A model generated the notes under the pieces. The model was not told the origin of the DNA and ran no database searches. It saw only the letters and a program-made list of their open reading frames with translations. A stretch of 63,328 nt of DNA, filler included, from Guillardia theta CCMP2712 (lineage: Eukaryota; Protista; Cryptophyta): the NCBI RefSeq assembly GCF_000315625.1. It is 6 parts of 6 records of this genome, joined end to end, with 100 filler letters (N's around TTAATTAATTAA, not from the genome) between each part and the next. Parts side by side here need not be neighbours in the genome. Positions count along the whole stretch, not along the records: positions 1 to 25,875 come from NW_005434568.1; 5 more parts are not named here. The stretch is one strand, 5' to 3'. The first letter of the stretch is position 1. Each line of letters begins with the position of its first letter. Below, piece after piece: positions 12,720-24,728 of this stretch. Position numbers and translations under genes: made by a program.

Positions 12720-15700
12720 TCACGGTGGTTTGCAGCCCTTGAACATGCAGGCGCTGAAAGCAGAGACGATGAGAAGGATAACGAAGCAAGAAGGAGAGGA
12801 GACAAGGGAATTTTGCAGGAGATATACAAGGGGAGGAAGAGGAGGGAAGGTAGAGGAGGTAGAGGGAGAGGAGGAAGCAGGTAGACTTACGTTCCGCTGA
12901 GCGTTGCGAGCTCGCGGATGAGCTTGTTGATGACGCCAGCGCCAGGCTCTGAGCCCAGCGCGTTCTTGACCTGCTGAGTCTTCAGCTGACGGTCAAAGAG
13001 GTCAAAAGTGTGACCGTCTCTACTAGGACAGATTTGTCCTGCACGGCATTCTGACGGAACAGCTGCAGGACTGAGAGTGACAGTGAGGAAAGCGAAAGGG
13101 AGGGGAAAGATGCCGACCAGCATTCCTCGCGACGTCGTCTGAGTTCTTGAGTACGTGTAGACCCTGCTCGAGTTTAAGTGAAGGACAGGGAGAGAAGAAG
13201 AGGAAAAGGAGGAGGCAGAGAGGAAGATGAGACAACAACATGCAAGGGAGGAAGCTTGTTAGGGAGGAGATGAATGCTTCACCTGAACAATCTCCGTCTG
13301 CTCTGCGATTATCTCATCGAAGTAGCTGGAGTCTGAAGCGAGTGAGGATGACGGGGAATCGTAGAGGATGCGATTACCAGCTGAGGCTGCGACCTGAGAA
13401 ACAGCTGTGGAGGGATGGTCTGCGAGCTTGGCACGAAGATCATCGCGGGAGAGAACGCCTGCCGACTTGAGCGTCTGAGCGATCGCAGAACGGATCTGCA
13501 TCGTCCTCTTAGTCACTCCTTCCTCTCCTTCCCTTCCTTCCCTTCCTCCTCTCCTTCCTCCCCTCCTTCTTCCTCTACTTCCCCTCCTCCTCCAACGGAC
13601 CTGTCGAGCTTCCTGCGGTGTCATCCCAGCTGCAGACGGCGGAGGTCGAGCAGCCTCGTCTGCCTTGTCTGCTGGCTTGCTCTTTGCGGCCTCTCCCTCT
13701 CCTGCCGGCTTGTGCTGGGGCTCGTGGTGGGGCTGGGAGCTGCTACTCTTCCTGGAGGAAGAACGAGCGACTGCTGCCTTGTGAGGGTGTGTGAGGGCTG
13801 CCAGATGCGATTCCATCTCATCCCATTTCTCCTCCTGCATCTGTTGGACAGCCGTCAGCCCCCTGCCTGCCCTCCTACCCCCGTGCTCTCAGATCTCTGC
13901 TCCTTTCCCCTTCCCGATCCTCGTCAAGTCGACGCTCTTCTCCTGGAAGGGCCGCACTCTCTCCCTCCCCCCCACCTTGTGAATATCCGGAAACCTCCGC
14001 GGGAACTCGCGGTCAGGCTGAAGTCGAAACTCCCAGCAGCCCTCCCGGCGAACAGCAATCTGCCAGCAGCTCAACCCGAGCAGGGGATCAGCTGGAGTTG
14101 ACTTGGAACATCATCGACTCCAGCTGGGCGCTAGAGACTTCGCGGGTAAAGTCACGACGGAAGTCGGACGCGTGGACGCGAGCAGACTGACGGAAGCGAG
14201 AGAGGATGTGATACCTGAGAGAGGAGAATCAACCCCCTCCCCTCCCTCCCCTGCCTCCCCTCCCCTCCTTCCCTCCCTCCCTCCCTCTCCTCCCCTCCCC
14301 TGCCTGCCTGCCGAGCACCTCTGCTCCCTCCCCTCTGCTCTTCCCCCCTCTCCTCTCGTCGTGAGCTCACCGGCACCGTCGGAGCTTCTCGACATGCTCC
14401 TGCTGCTTCGGGTCGTCACGGTAGAGCAGCTCGCTCCTGACAACCCAGCAGCCCTGCGAGAGGAAAGTGAGGAGGAGAGGAGGAGGAGAGAATTGAAAGG
14501 AAGCAGTTAGGCGGTGAAGAATAAAGAAGAGGCTGATGGGAGAGAGAGGGAGAAAAGGAGGGAAGGAGGAGGGGGAGCACGAGGAGGGGGAGGAAGGGAG
14601 AGGAAGGGAGGAGGAGAGGAGACGGGAAGAGGATCGAAGAGGAAGGGGACCTGGAGGAGGACGGCGTTCTTCTGCAATTCACGCAAGAGATCGTCTTCCT
14701 GTGAAACAAATTTTAGACAGTGAGGAAGAAAAGAGGAAGGGGAGGAAGGGGAGGGAAAAGAGGAGGTGGAAGGGAAGAGGAGGAAAGGGAGGGGAGGGGA
14801 GAGGAGAGGAGAGGAGGAGGAGAGGAGAAGGAGAGAAGAAGGAGAGGAGAGGAGAGGAGAGCGGGATGGAGAGGGGGAAATGAGGAGCAATTCGGACTTT
14901 GTTCATGCTAGAAGGCATCAGTTCGATAAGTCTCTCTAATGTGAGGACCTGATTCATCCAACGTCAAGTTACATCCAATCCTCCTCTCTCCTCCCCCCTC
15001 TCCTCCCCCCTCTCCTCCTCTGCTCGCCTCCAAATCTCCTCTCCCATCAGCCCTATGCCTTGTTTTGTCCTTCCTGCTCCTTCCCTCTGCTCTTCATCCT
15101 CCGCTCCTCTCCTCCCCTCCCCTCTCGTCTCCTTCTCTTACATGCGCCGCACTCATCAGTGCCTGAACTTGTTGAGGGAGGGACATGCGCAGAAGCTGCT
15201 CCCTTGACAAGTCGGTGATCTGCCTCGACGTTAGAGGAGCGTCAGGTTTCAAGTCTGCGTGCCTCCCTGCCTTCCCTCCCTCCCTCCCTCCCTCCTGCCT
15301 CCCTGCCTGCCTGCCTCCCCTCCCTCCCTCCCTCGCTCTCTCCTGCCTCCCTCCCTCCCTCCTCTTCCCCTCCCTCCCTCCCTCCTCTTCCCCTCCCTCC
15401 CTCTCTCCTCTTCTCCTCCCTCCCTCCCTCCTCTTCCCCTCCCTCCCCTCCGTCTCGCTTTTCACCTGCGCTGGGACTCCGTCGTCTCTCGTCTTGGATA
15501 TCGCGTTCAGCGAGTTGAGGTAGTCCTCCTTGTTGACCTGCGACATGCGCCGTCAAGAGCAACCATGAAGGTGGTGGAGGTAGAGGAGGAGTAGCACAAG
15601 GCAGGAGGGATGAAGAGGACAAGAAGGAGGGGGATGAGGGAGAGGATGGAGGATAGTGCAGGATTATAAGAGGAGGAAGGAGGAGAAGGAGGGGAGGGAG

Positions 15701-18393
15701 GGAGANNNNNNNNNNNNNNNNNNNNNNNNNNNNNNNNNNNNNNNNNNNNNNNNNNNNNNNNNNNNNNNNNNNNNNNNNNNNNNNNNNNNNNNNNNNNNNN
15801 NNNNNNNNNNNNNNNNNNNNNNNNNNNNNNNNNNNNNNNNNNNNNNNNNNNNNNNNNNNNNNNNNNNNNNNNNNNNNNNNNNNNNNNNNNNNNNNNNNNN
15901 NNNNNNNNNNNNNNNNNNNNNNNNNNNNNNNNNNNNNNNNNNNNNNNNNNNNNNNNNNNNNNNNNNNNNNNNNNNNNNNNNNNNNNNNNNNNNNNNNNNN
16001 NNNNNNNNNNNNNNNNNNNNNNNNNNNNNNNNNNNNNNNNNNNNNNNNNNNNNNNNNNNNNNNNNNNNNNNNNNNNNNNAGGAGGGAGGAGGGAGGAGAG
16101 AGGAGGAGGAAGGAGGAAGGAGGAAGGAGATAGAGGAAGGCATCTCACTTGGTCTGTAGTAGGGCTGTAGAAGTTCACCAGTCGCCAGGATTCTTTCTCT
16201 TGCTGAAAAGAGCAGCAATGTCAGAAGCCAAACCTCCTCGTCCTCCTCGATCTCCTTCCGCTTCTCGATCTTTCCCTCCTCCTCCTCCTCCTCCTGTTCC
16301 TGCTCCTCCCCCTTTGGTTTTCATCTTCCACTTTCATTTTCCCCTTCAGCAACAACATGTTCAACTTTCATCTTCATCTTCTCAAAATGAAAGTAGAAAC
16401 TCTCTCGACAACCCCATCGTCACCAGCAACACAGGCCAACAACAGCAGACTATTCGAGCTCAATGAACTAAATCACTTGCGCAAACAGCTGAAAATTCCC
16501 CGCAACGGAGCAAGACATTCACATGAGCTCGTCTTCAGCTCCAACACGATTCACTTCACCTGTTCTCGCATGTAGCCATAGGATGACTTGCGAATCTCTC
16601 TCGCTCTCTCCGTCTCACGCTTGCTCACACGGACCTTGCTCCTGACCGTCAGCTCGGCAGGGAGGAAGTTGAAAGTTTCTCACCTGGACCACTTGCTGCA
16701 TAGGCTCGTTGTCTGACCCCGAGCCGTCGTCCATCATATCCTCCACTGAGGAGGAGTTGAGGGAGAAGGAGGTGGTGGTGGAGGAGGAGAACAAGGAGGA
16801 GGAGGAGGAGGAGGAGGAGGAGGAGGAGGAGGAGGAGGAGGAGGAGGAGGAGGAGGAGGAGGAGGAGGAGAAAAAGCTGGTGATGATTCGGAGAGAGAAG
16901 GAGAAGGAGAGAGTAGGAGGATAAAAGGGGACAAAGGAAAGGGATGAAGTGGGCGTGAAGAAGGGGATAGCAAAAAAGCCATATGGATGAGGAGGAGGAA
17001 GGAGGAGAAAGGAGGGCAAAGAAGGAGAAAGGAGGAGGAGGAGGAGGAGGAGGAGGAGGAGGAGGAGGAGGAGGAGGAAGTATCAAACGTCAATCATCCA
17101 ACCCTCAATATCATTTCAATTCACCTTTCACAGCGGGAGCGGCAGCCGCGGCCGCCTCAGCATTAAGGACATCTTCCTCATCCTGCCCAGACAAAATGAG
17201 CCGCGCGATTTCACTCAGCTCTTGCCTTGTTGTCGAAGCGCGGCCTGAACTGATAGATGCTCTGAAGGGGAGTGAGATGGAGCTGGTCGTCTCTCAACAG
17301 CCCGATGGCGTAGGAGGTTCTTGGGATGACCTGCCCTCACGTCAGCTGAGTGGGTTGGAACGGGAGAGGAGGAGCAGGGGCAGGAGGAGAGCAAGAGCAA
17401 CAGCAGAAACAAGGGGAGAGAGAGGAGGGGCAGGGGCAGGGGCAGGGGCAGAAGAGGTCACCTTGGACGATACCAGCTTGTGCAGAAACTCACTGAGAAA
17501 TCCGGTCAGTACGCAGTTACAGATAATTTCAATACGTCGTCATACGTAGTCATTAGATCATTTCAAACCATCATTTCAAGATCTCATATCAGTATATCTT
17601 ACATCAATGTATCATGTATGAGTGTATCGCGTACGAGCGTATCTTATGTCAGAATTGTGAATAACGTATGAGCACACCACGTTGTAAAACCATGTCATTA
17701 TTCCACTCAGTGAGTCGAAGCAGTGACTGTACAATATGGATCCGATCATCAAACTTTCCTTCCCTTGCACATTTCTTCAAAACATGCATCTTCAACATCA
17801 AAGGAGCGTTTCAAGCACAAACAGCACGGGGAAGAACAATCGCGCTCACTCGTTCGTTTTTTCACTCTTGAAGTCCATCTCAATCATCTCGTTCTTCGGA
17901 CGGTAAGACACCTGAACTCATGTTCACCTCCACGTCTTACTCATCAGCGCTCTAAACCTCCTCCCCTCCCCCCTCCCTTCCTCCTCGTCCTCCTCACACA
18001 CTGAACCCGCCCACCTTCTCCAGGTTCCATCCTTCATTCAGCGGCCTCCACTTAGGGCGCAGAGGGTACTGAGGAGGAAGAGCGGTGAGAGCACAGTCAA
18101 GGTTGCTCACCAGTAGCTGCTGACCCTCTCCCTCTCTCCTCACCTGGAATAGCATGACCTCGTCCGATTTGCCGCTGCTGTCACGAACACCCGACAAGTT
18201 CTGGCAGGAGGAGGGAGGAGAGGGGGAGGGGGATCAAGTCAGCATGGGCGAAACCCCTTCATGCTCCCATTCACCTGCGACAGAAACACGTCGATAGTCT
18301 GGACAACCTGTCCAAGGATCAGCTGCCAGCATCTATAGGAGACATCAATGGCAGTACGGGGTCGTCTTCATCGTCGCTATCGTAGATGTCCAT
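12720..18393 (-). CDS. POLR3E: DNA-directed RNA polymerase III subunit RPC5 (Sin-like/C37 family)
   Basis: Spliced motifs MDIYDSDDEDDP-VVQTIDVFLSQ, VMLFQ-YPLRP, ELQKNAVLLQ-GCWVVRSELLY and GCWEFRLQPDREFPRRFPDI match RPC5 motifs (EDDPVVQEIDVYL, LFQYPVRP, QKVAMLVQGNWVVKSDILY, GWEF..PYD.EFIKKHPD). Last exon ACMFKGCKPP* ends at 12720. Confidence 0.88.
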
Positions 18394-18866
18394 GACCTCC
18401 GCCTCTCCCCTGCACTCTGAAAGTAAGATCCTCCTGCTCGAGCACTCAGTGGGCGATCCTCTGCCCTCCTGCACCCCACCCGCCTCCTCCCGCCCTTCCC
18501 TCCCATGCTGCCCAACGTTTTCCACCTGTACCACTCCTACCTTCTCGCATCTACCTTGCTCTCATCCTTCCTCCCTTCCTCCCTTCCGCCATCTCTCCAT
18601 CTCCATCAAACCCTCCCTCCTATCCTCTGCCCGCACCCGCCATCCTCCTCCTCCATCTTGTCTCCTGCCTCTCCTTTCCGTCTCCGTTCATCCCCTCCGC
18701 TCCTTGCTCGCCAGGTCCTGCATGTGCATCTGGAAACAGGGGGGTAGGGGTAGCAGAATGAGCCTTTGAAGATACCCAAGAAGGGGTAAGTTAGCCTTTA
18801 AAAATTGGGGTAGTAAAAGCGAATCAATTCAGGAGGGGGTAGGGTGGGAAGCAGGGAGATCCGACC

Positions 18867-21256
18867 ATGCTGGGAGGTTCAGGGAGGCGGCTGGTGCTGC
18901 TGCTGCTGCCTCTGCTTCCTCTTCCTCCACACCAGGGCCCCTCAGCTAGCCCGATGAGGATGACGATGAGGATGACGATGACGAGCTCGAAGGCCCTTCT
19001 CTCCCGCCCTTCTAGTCAGTCTCCTCTACGATGTGTCCGTAGCAGGTCGGAGATGCTGGGGTCAGGTACAGCAGCATTGGCGGATTCGCTGCTTCCTTTG
19101 AGAATCTGCGAAGTTTCTTCTGGCATGCCATCAGTTGTCTTGAATGGCTCGTGCTCTCTTGATCTGACCGACCTCAAGGCCCTTCCCTTGACTGACAGCT
19201 TCCAACAAGACCCCTCTAAACATTTGGATTTGTGCGCAAATGTTGTAAAGTTCCAGCGAGGATCTGGAGAATCAAGCAAGATGGATCGACAAGACACAAG
19301 CATTGATGTTCTGAACCGCTTCTCCTTGAGATTCTTGGCCAAGCCGCTCCGTGGTTATGGCAGACCAGGTTCGTTCGATTTACTAGATTGTTGAGATGTT
19401 GAACTTTCGATCTCACAGATAGAAGCAGACCAAGAGCAAGAAAGACTTGGAAGCCTCAGAAGTCATCGCAACAATCAGAACCTGCTCGACGGGCTCGACC
19501 GGATCGATGGGGAGATTTCAAGGAAGATCGAACCGAAGTCAAAGATGAAAAAACACTGAGGACTGAGGTCAACGTAGCTCTGTACGGCCGGCGGTATCTG
19601 AGGAAGGACTTCACATTCCCAGAGTACAGCCCTTCAGAAGTGCAAGAGATCGATGTGAATCTTGACAGGACGACGGTGCGTGTCGACGGCAAGTTTGACA
19701 GGACGGTGGTATTACAGAACGTTGTAAAAGCCAACCACAGCCTAATTAGAGACTTCTTCTCCAAGGCCGGATTGATCGAGTCGATTGTGGAGAGGAGGAA
19801 TGCTACTGCTGTCATCTTTCAGGATGATGAATCAGCATTCAAAGCCGGTCAGATGGACATGCTGCCGCTTGCTCACGGGTTGAAGATGAGTCGGGTAGTT
19901 CCGGGCAACCTGCAAGCAGAGGAAAGGAGAAGACTGGAGAGAGGGTCTCGCAAGCCTGCAGTGTCCTCCTTGGACTCCAAGGGCTCTAAGTCATTGCAGC
20001 GAATGGGGAGAGGAGAGGACGGAACGAAGACAACGGGAGTCGTGAAGGGGCGGGAGGCGTCGACGGAAGGTGCGGAGGCGAGGACGAGAAGGAGGAGCGG
20101 TGTGCTTGGAAGGGAAAGTATAGAAAGTAGGGAGGAAAGGAGTAGACTTATGCAAAAGAAGGTGGAGAGGAGGACAGCAGACAAGGGAAGAAGAACGGTA
20201 CAGGGGATGACAGGGAGGGCAGGATTAGCTGCCAGGAAGGGAGGGAGGTGGGGAGAGGCGCGAGGTAGGAGAGGAGGTGCACTGGGGGCACGGGGGAGGA
20301 GTGAGGGAGTGCAGGGGAGAGGAGGGAGGATAAGAGTAGCAGGACAGAAGAGGATGACAACAACGGGAAGAGGAGAGAGGGGTAGAGTGCAGGCAAGGGG
20401 TGAGAGGAAGGGAGGAGGGCAGTCGAGGGGCGAGAGGAGGGGAGGTGAGCGGGGACAGCGAGTGAAGGGCCCGGTTGGACGACTAAGAGGAGGAGGAGGA
20501 TCTTCCAGTGAAAAGGAATCATCACGACACAGACGAGGGCGCAAGAGATCGAGAAAGTCCCCGAGAGAGGAGCAGCTGTCTTCCGCAGAAGAAGGAGGAG
20601 CTTCAGGGTCCGAAGTTCTTCCTGTCGACGAGGACGAGAGCGTCAGTACCCTTGTCTTTAGCAGCGACATGGCCAGTGATGAGATGAGGAAGCGGGTGAA
20701 CGAGCATGACAAGGCCAAGGAGCGGGAGAGGACGGGGAGGATGACGGAGGATGAGAGAGCGAAGGAGCTGCTGGGGTATCTCCACGGACACATGCACGAG
20801 AAAGCCAAGGAGCTCAAGATCCGGGGAATCTCAGCGGATGCGGAAAGGATGAGGAGGCTGTTCGGGGAAGGGAAACACCAGGAGTCTGTTCAGTTCTCCC
20901 GTGACTCATCCCCGGTAGCCTGGAGAGTGGACGGGGATAAGCGCTACCCCGTCTATCCTGGCTACGAAGACTTTGATCCTTACATTGGGCCCAACGGTCT
21001 GCAGGAGCTGATCAATCGAGAGGGGATCGACTACACCTTCGACGAGGGGAGCACGAGCGCGGACAACAGCGACGTCGAGCTGATGGACCTGCTGAGAGGA
21101 ATCAACCACTCGGAGGCCCCCAAGAGGAGGACACTTGCTCGGGGCTGGCCAATGTCTGCTATCAATGACACGCGACCTATTGGGACCCGTTGGGTCGACA
21201 CCAACACGAGGTTCGCTGATAACTTCAAGTTCCAAAAGAACTCCAAGAAGTACTAG
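18867..21256 (+). CDS. Hypothetical protein with a hydrophobic N-terminus, a degenerate RRM-like region and an RG-rich tract
   Basis: ORF 18867 joins the 19640-21256 frame via a ~48-nt GT-AG intron (~19370-19417). RTVVLQNV...LIRDFFSKAGLIESI...ATAVIFQDDESAFKA resembles an RRM. Confidence 0.6.
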
Positions 21257-21914
21257 TACCATACTATGAAACGACGTGAGAAGACTCGCCAAACGGGCGC
21301 TAGTTACTATCAGCACACCATGAACTGACAGCAACAATCTTATTAGTGAATTGTTTTTTTAACTTGTGACGGCGAAATGCCCCCGCCGTGCCACTGGGCC
21401 AACCTCAAACCGTCTGAGCCACTGAAGTAACTAGTAACTTGTAACTTGCCAGACTCACGGTGAATCATCATACTGCCAGTGAGTGTCTGCTACCGCAGCC
21501 ATAACTTGCCGCAGTGCCTGTCACTGACTGTAGAGCCTTTCGAACTTCCGACCGGTGATTCAGTGATTCACCGTGCACAGCGACTCAACCGTTGAAAACG
21601 CGGGCCTGCCCATTTAGACGCCGGAGAGTTCAAACCCGCAGTTCACCCCTCATTCAACGGTCGGAGTCTCCCGGAGTCAACGGGCCCCCGGCTGACTCCG
21701 CGAGCGCCGTTCTCCGGGCTGAGCGCACACTGCCGGGCCCCGCCAACTTCTCGGAAGTTCCGACCGGCTCCGAGGCTCCGGCGTCGGGGCCCCGGGCCCC
21801 GACGCCGGGCCCGGCTAGGCTCTGAGCACCGGCGTGCCAGGTGACTCACTCCCGGCAGGCCGCCAAAGGTTCTTTTTACTTTTACAGGAAAAAAAATCGG
21901 CCCAGCAAAACCGC

Positions 21915-23726
21915 ATGTGCTCCCATGCTGGAGGGTGCGGGGGAGGCGGAGAGTGTGGCAGCGGCAGCGGGGGAGGAGGAGGAGGAGGATCAAGAAGAGG
22001 ACAAGGAATCGATGAAGGTGGGATGAAGCCCGTGTCATGAGGATCTCTGGGGATGCTCTAATGGAGGGCGCATGCATCCCTCGCTTATTCTTCTTCAAGC
22101 TTGTTCAGTGCCTACCTGCCTCCTTGATGCAGCCTGACGCAGCCTTGTCACTGACACCCGTCGATCTCAGAGTTCTCAAGCATCTCCCTCCAACCATCGT
22201 CGAACCTCTGCTTGAAATGTCAGGCTCCTGCAAAGTGCAAGTGAGCAAATGATCTTGCACTGCAACGCTTTTCATGTCTTGTCAGTCCTCGAGGAGAACT
22301 ACTTTGTTGGCCATGCCTGTCGAAGTCGCTGAACAGGTCAGTATGTATCCACCTTCTGATTCTTGATCCCTCATGTTGTCAACCCCGTCGCTACAAGTCA
22401 CTCGACATGTCAGGGGCATTCGCAATCAGTTCAGCCGAGCCCGGTGCTCTTCTCCCCAAGAGAGGTGACAACAAGCACAATTGAGCACGTCCTTCCTCCC
22501 TCCTTCGCCTCCTCTCCTCCTTATCCTCTCTCCTCTCTCCTCTCCTCTCCTCTCGCTCCTCCCTCCCCTCACCTCTCTCCTCTCTCCTCTCCTCTCTCCT
22601 TTCCTTTCTCTCCTATCCTCTCTCCTCTTCTCGCTCCTCTCCGATCTTTTTCTTTCTCTCACCTTATCTCCTTAGATTCCTTGTTGCGTTCTCGGGAGGA
22701 GCACATTCATTAGCCCTTGCTCTGCTCCTGCGCCAATGTCTTCAAGGTATCTGCGCTGCCCCACCCTGCCCTGCCCTGCTCTGCCCTGCCCTGCCCTGCT
22801 CTGCTCTGCTCTGCTCTGCTCTGCTCTGCTCTGCTCTGCTTTTCTTTCACCTCAACTCGGTTGTTCGCAGATCTTCGAGGAAGAAAGTTTGAAGTTCATT
22901 TGGCGCACGTGGATCAGACCGATGCATGTGGAATGAGCGAGGAGGAGGGCAAGGTGAGAGGACATGGCGACGGTGGAGCTGGTGCTGAGTTGCTAGAGTG
23001 AAGGAGAGGAGAGGGGCAGAGGAGAAGGAGAGAAGAAGCAGAGGAGAGGAGAGGAGGGGAGGGGAGAGGAGAGGGATAGAGGAGAGGAGAGGAGGAGGGG
23101 GAGAGGGAGGGGAGAGGATATAGGAGAGGAGGGGAGGAGGAGAAGGAGAGGGGAGAGGAGGGGAGGTGGAGGAGGGGAGGAGAGGGGAGGGGAGGAGAGG
23201 ATATGAACGTCTTTACATCAACAGGAATTCATCAGCAAGGTTGAGGATCTAGCTAGTCGGACGGGCTTCTCTCTCTCAGTCCTGAAGCTTCCTGGTTGAT
23301 GTCGCACGTCTCGCCTCCTCTCCTGACCTGCTGCAAGACATGACAAGCGGAGTGCTACGAAAGAAGCTGAGGGAGTTTGAGGAGAAGCCAACACTGTTGA
23401 GGTGAGAGGAGGGGAGAGAGGAGGAGAGAGGAGAGGGGGGAGGGGGAGAGAGAAGAAACGAAACGAAGCAAGGATGGACCAGAGTGAGAGCAGGAGGAGC
23501 AGGAGGAGCAGGAGGAGCAGGAGGAGCAGGAGGAGCAGGAGGAGCAGGAGGAGCAGGAGGATGGCGATGCAGATCATGACGGTGATACGATTTTCGTTGC
23601 AGCACGGGGGAAATGACAGCGACCAAGTGGGAGGATCTGTTGGCGCGTAAAAGGATGGAGGTCCTGTGCGACTTTGCAAGGTGACAAATGAAACGAGGAG
23701 GAGGAGGAGGAGGAGGAGGAGGAGAA

Positions 23727-23795
<69 letters not shown>

Positions 23796-24516
23796 ACAGC
23801 AGCAGAACAGCAGCAGGAGAATGCAGCATGAGCAGCAGGAGCAGGAGCAGGAGCAGCAGCAACGAGGGTATAACCGTTGACGAGAGTTGTAGCACAAACG
23901 GGCACACGCGACTAGCGTTGGGAGACAGCGCGACGAGGCTGGCGACGCATGTGATTGCGGAGACAGCGAAGGTGAGAAAGGGAAGGGGAGGAGGGCAATG
24001 AAGAGAAGAGAGGAAAGGGGAGAGGAGAGTTTTGTTGGGAGGAAAGGGCAGGGAAGGGGAGGACAAGGGAGGGTAAGGGAGCGGAGCGGAGCGGAGGACA
24101 GGAGAGGGGAAGAAGATCTGAAGGAGGGAGCAGGGCAGGTCAATCAACTCAAGGAGGCTGAAGTTGACGTCCTCGATCAAGGTAAGGATGCAACATGATG
24201 TTTGATCTCCTTCCTTTCCTTCCTGTCAGAGATGCTCTCCCTGCTCTCCCTCCTCTGCTCCTCTTTTTGCCGACCGTTTCTTGCCTCCACCACCAACTCC
24301 TCCTCGTCCTCCTCGTCCTCCTCGTCCTCCTCGTCCTCCTCGTCCTCCTCGTCCTCCTCGTCCTCCTCAACTTACTCGATGCCTCCTCCGCACCTCTTCC
24401 TCTCTCTTCCTCTTTCTGAGAGGACGGAGCAGCATCAAGGACGTTCCATCAGTCTCGTCCGACCAGGTTGCGACTTTCTCTCGGAGGAAATTTTCTTCTT
24501 CCTTCATGTAGAGCAA
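21915..24516 (+). CDS. CTU2: Cytoplasmic tRNA 2-thiolation protein 2 (CTU2/Ncs2); C-terminus lost in the gap
   Basis: Phase-consistent splicing gives MCSHAGGCG...LCLKCQAPAKCNPRGELLCWPCLSKSL...RFLVAFSGGAHSLAL...VHLAHVD...TATKWEDLL...GHTRLALGDSATRLATHVIAETAK...LVRPGCDFLSEEI. These are the CxxC pairs, degenerate PP-loop, GDSxTRLA and RPxxD motifs of CTU2. Confidence 0.85.
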
Positions 24517-24728
24517 GTTTCTCCGGTGATTCTTCACTCCTCTCTTCTCTTCTTCACTTGAACTCACNNNNNNNNNNNNNNNNNNNNNNNNNNNNNNNNN
24601 NNNNNNNNNNNNNNNNNNNNNNNNNNNNNNNNNNNNNNNNNNNNNNNNNNNNNNNNNNNNNNNNNNNGAGAGAGAGAGGAGGAGGAGGGGGGGGGGGGGG
24701 ACGACAAAAATGTCTCAAGGAGCTGCAG

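Noticed and set aside
19873-20817. 314-aa antisense ORF
   Set aside because: Shadow of the purine-rich plus-strand exon.
23218-24180. Long poly-L/S/E/G/R ORFs in the ORF track (also 26253-26822, 54053-54630, 59673-60530)
   Set aside because: Stop-free read-through of microsatellites in introns or spacers, often antisense to real genes.
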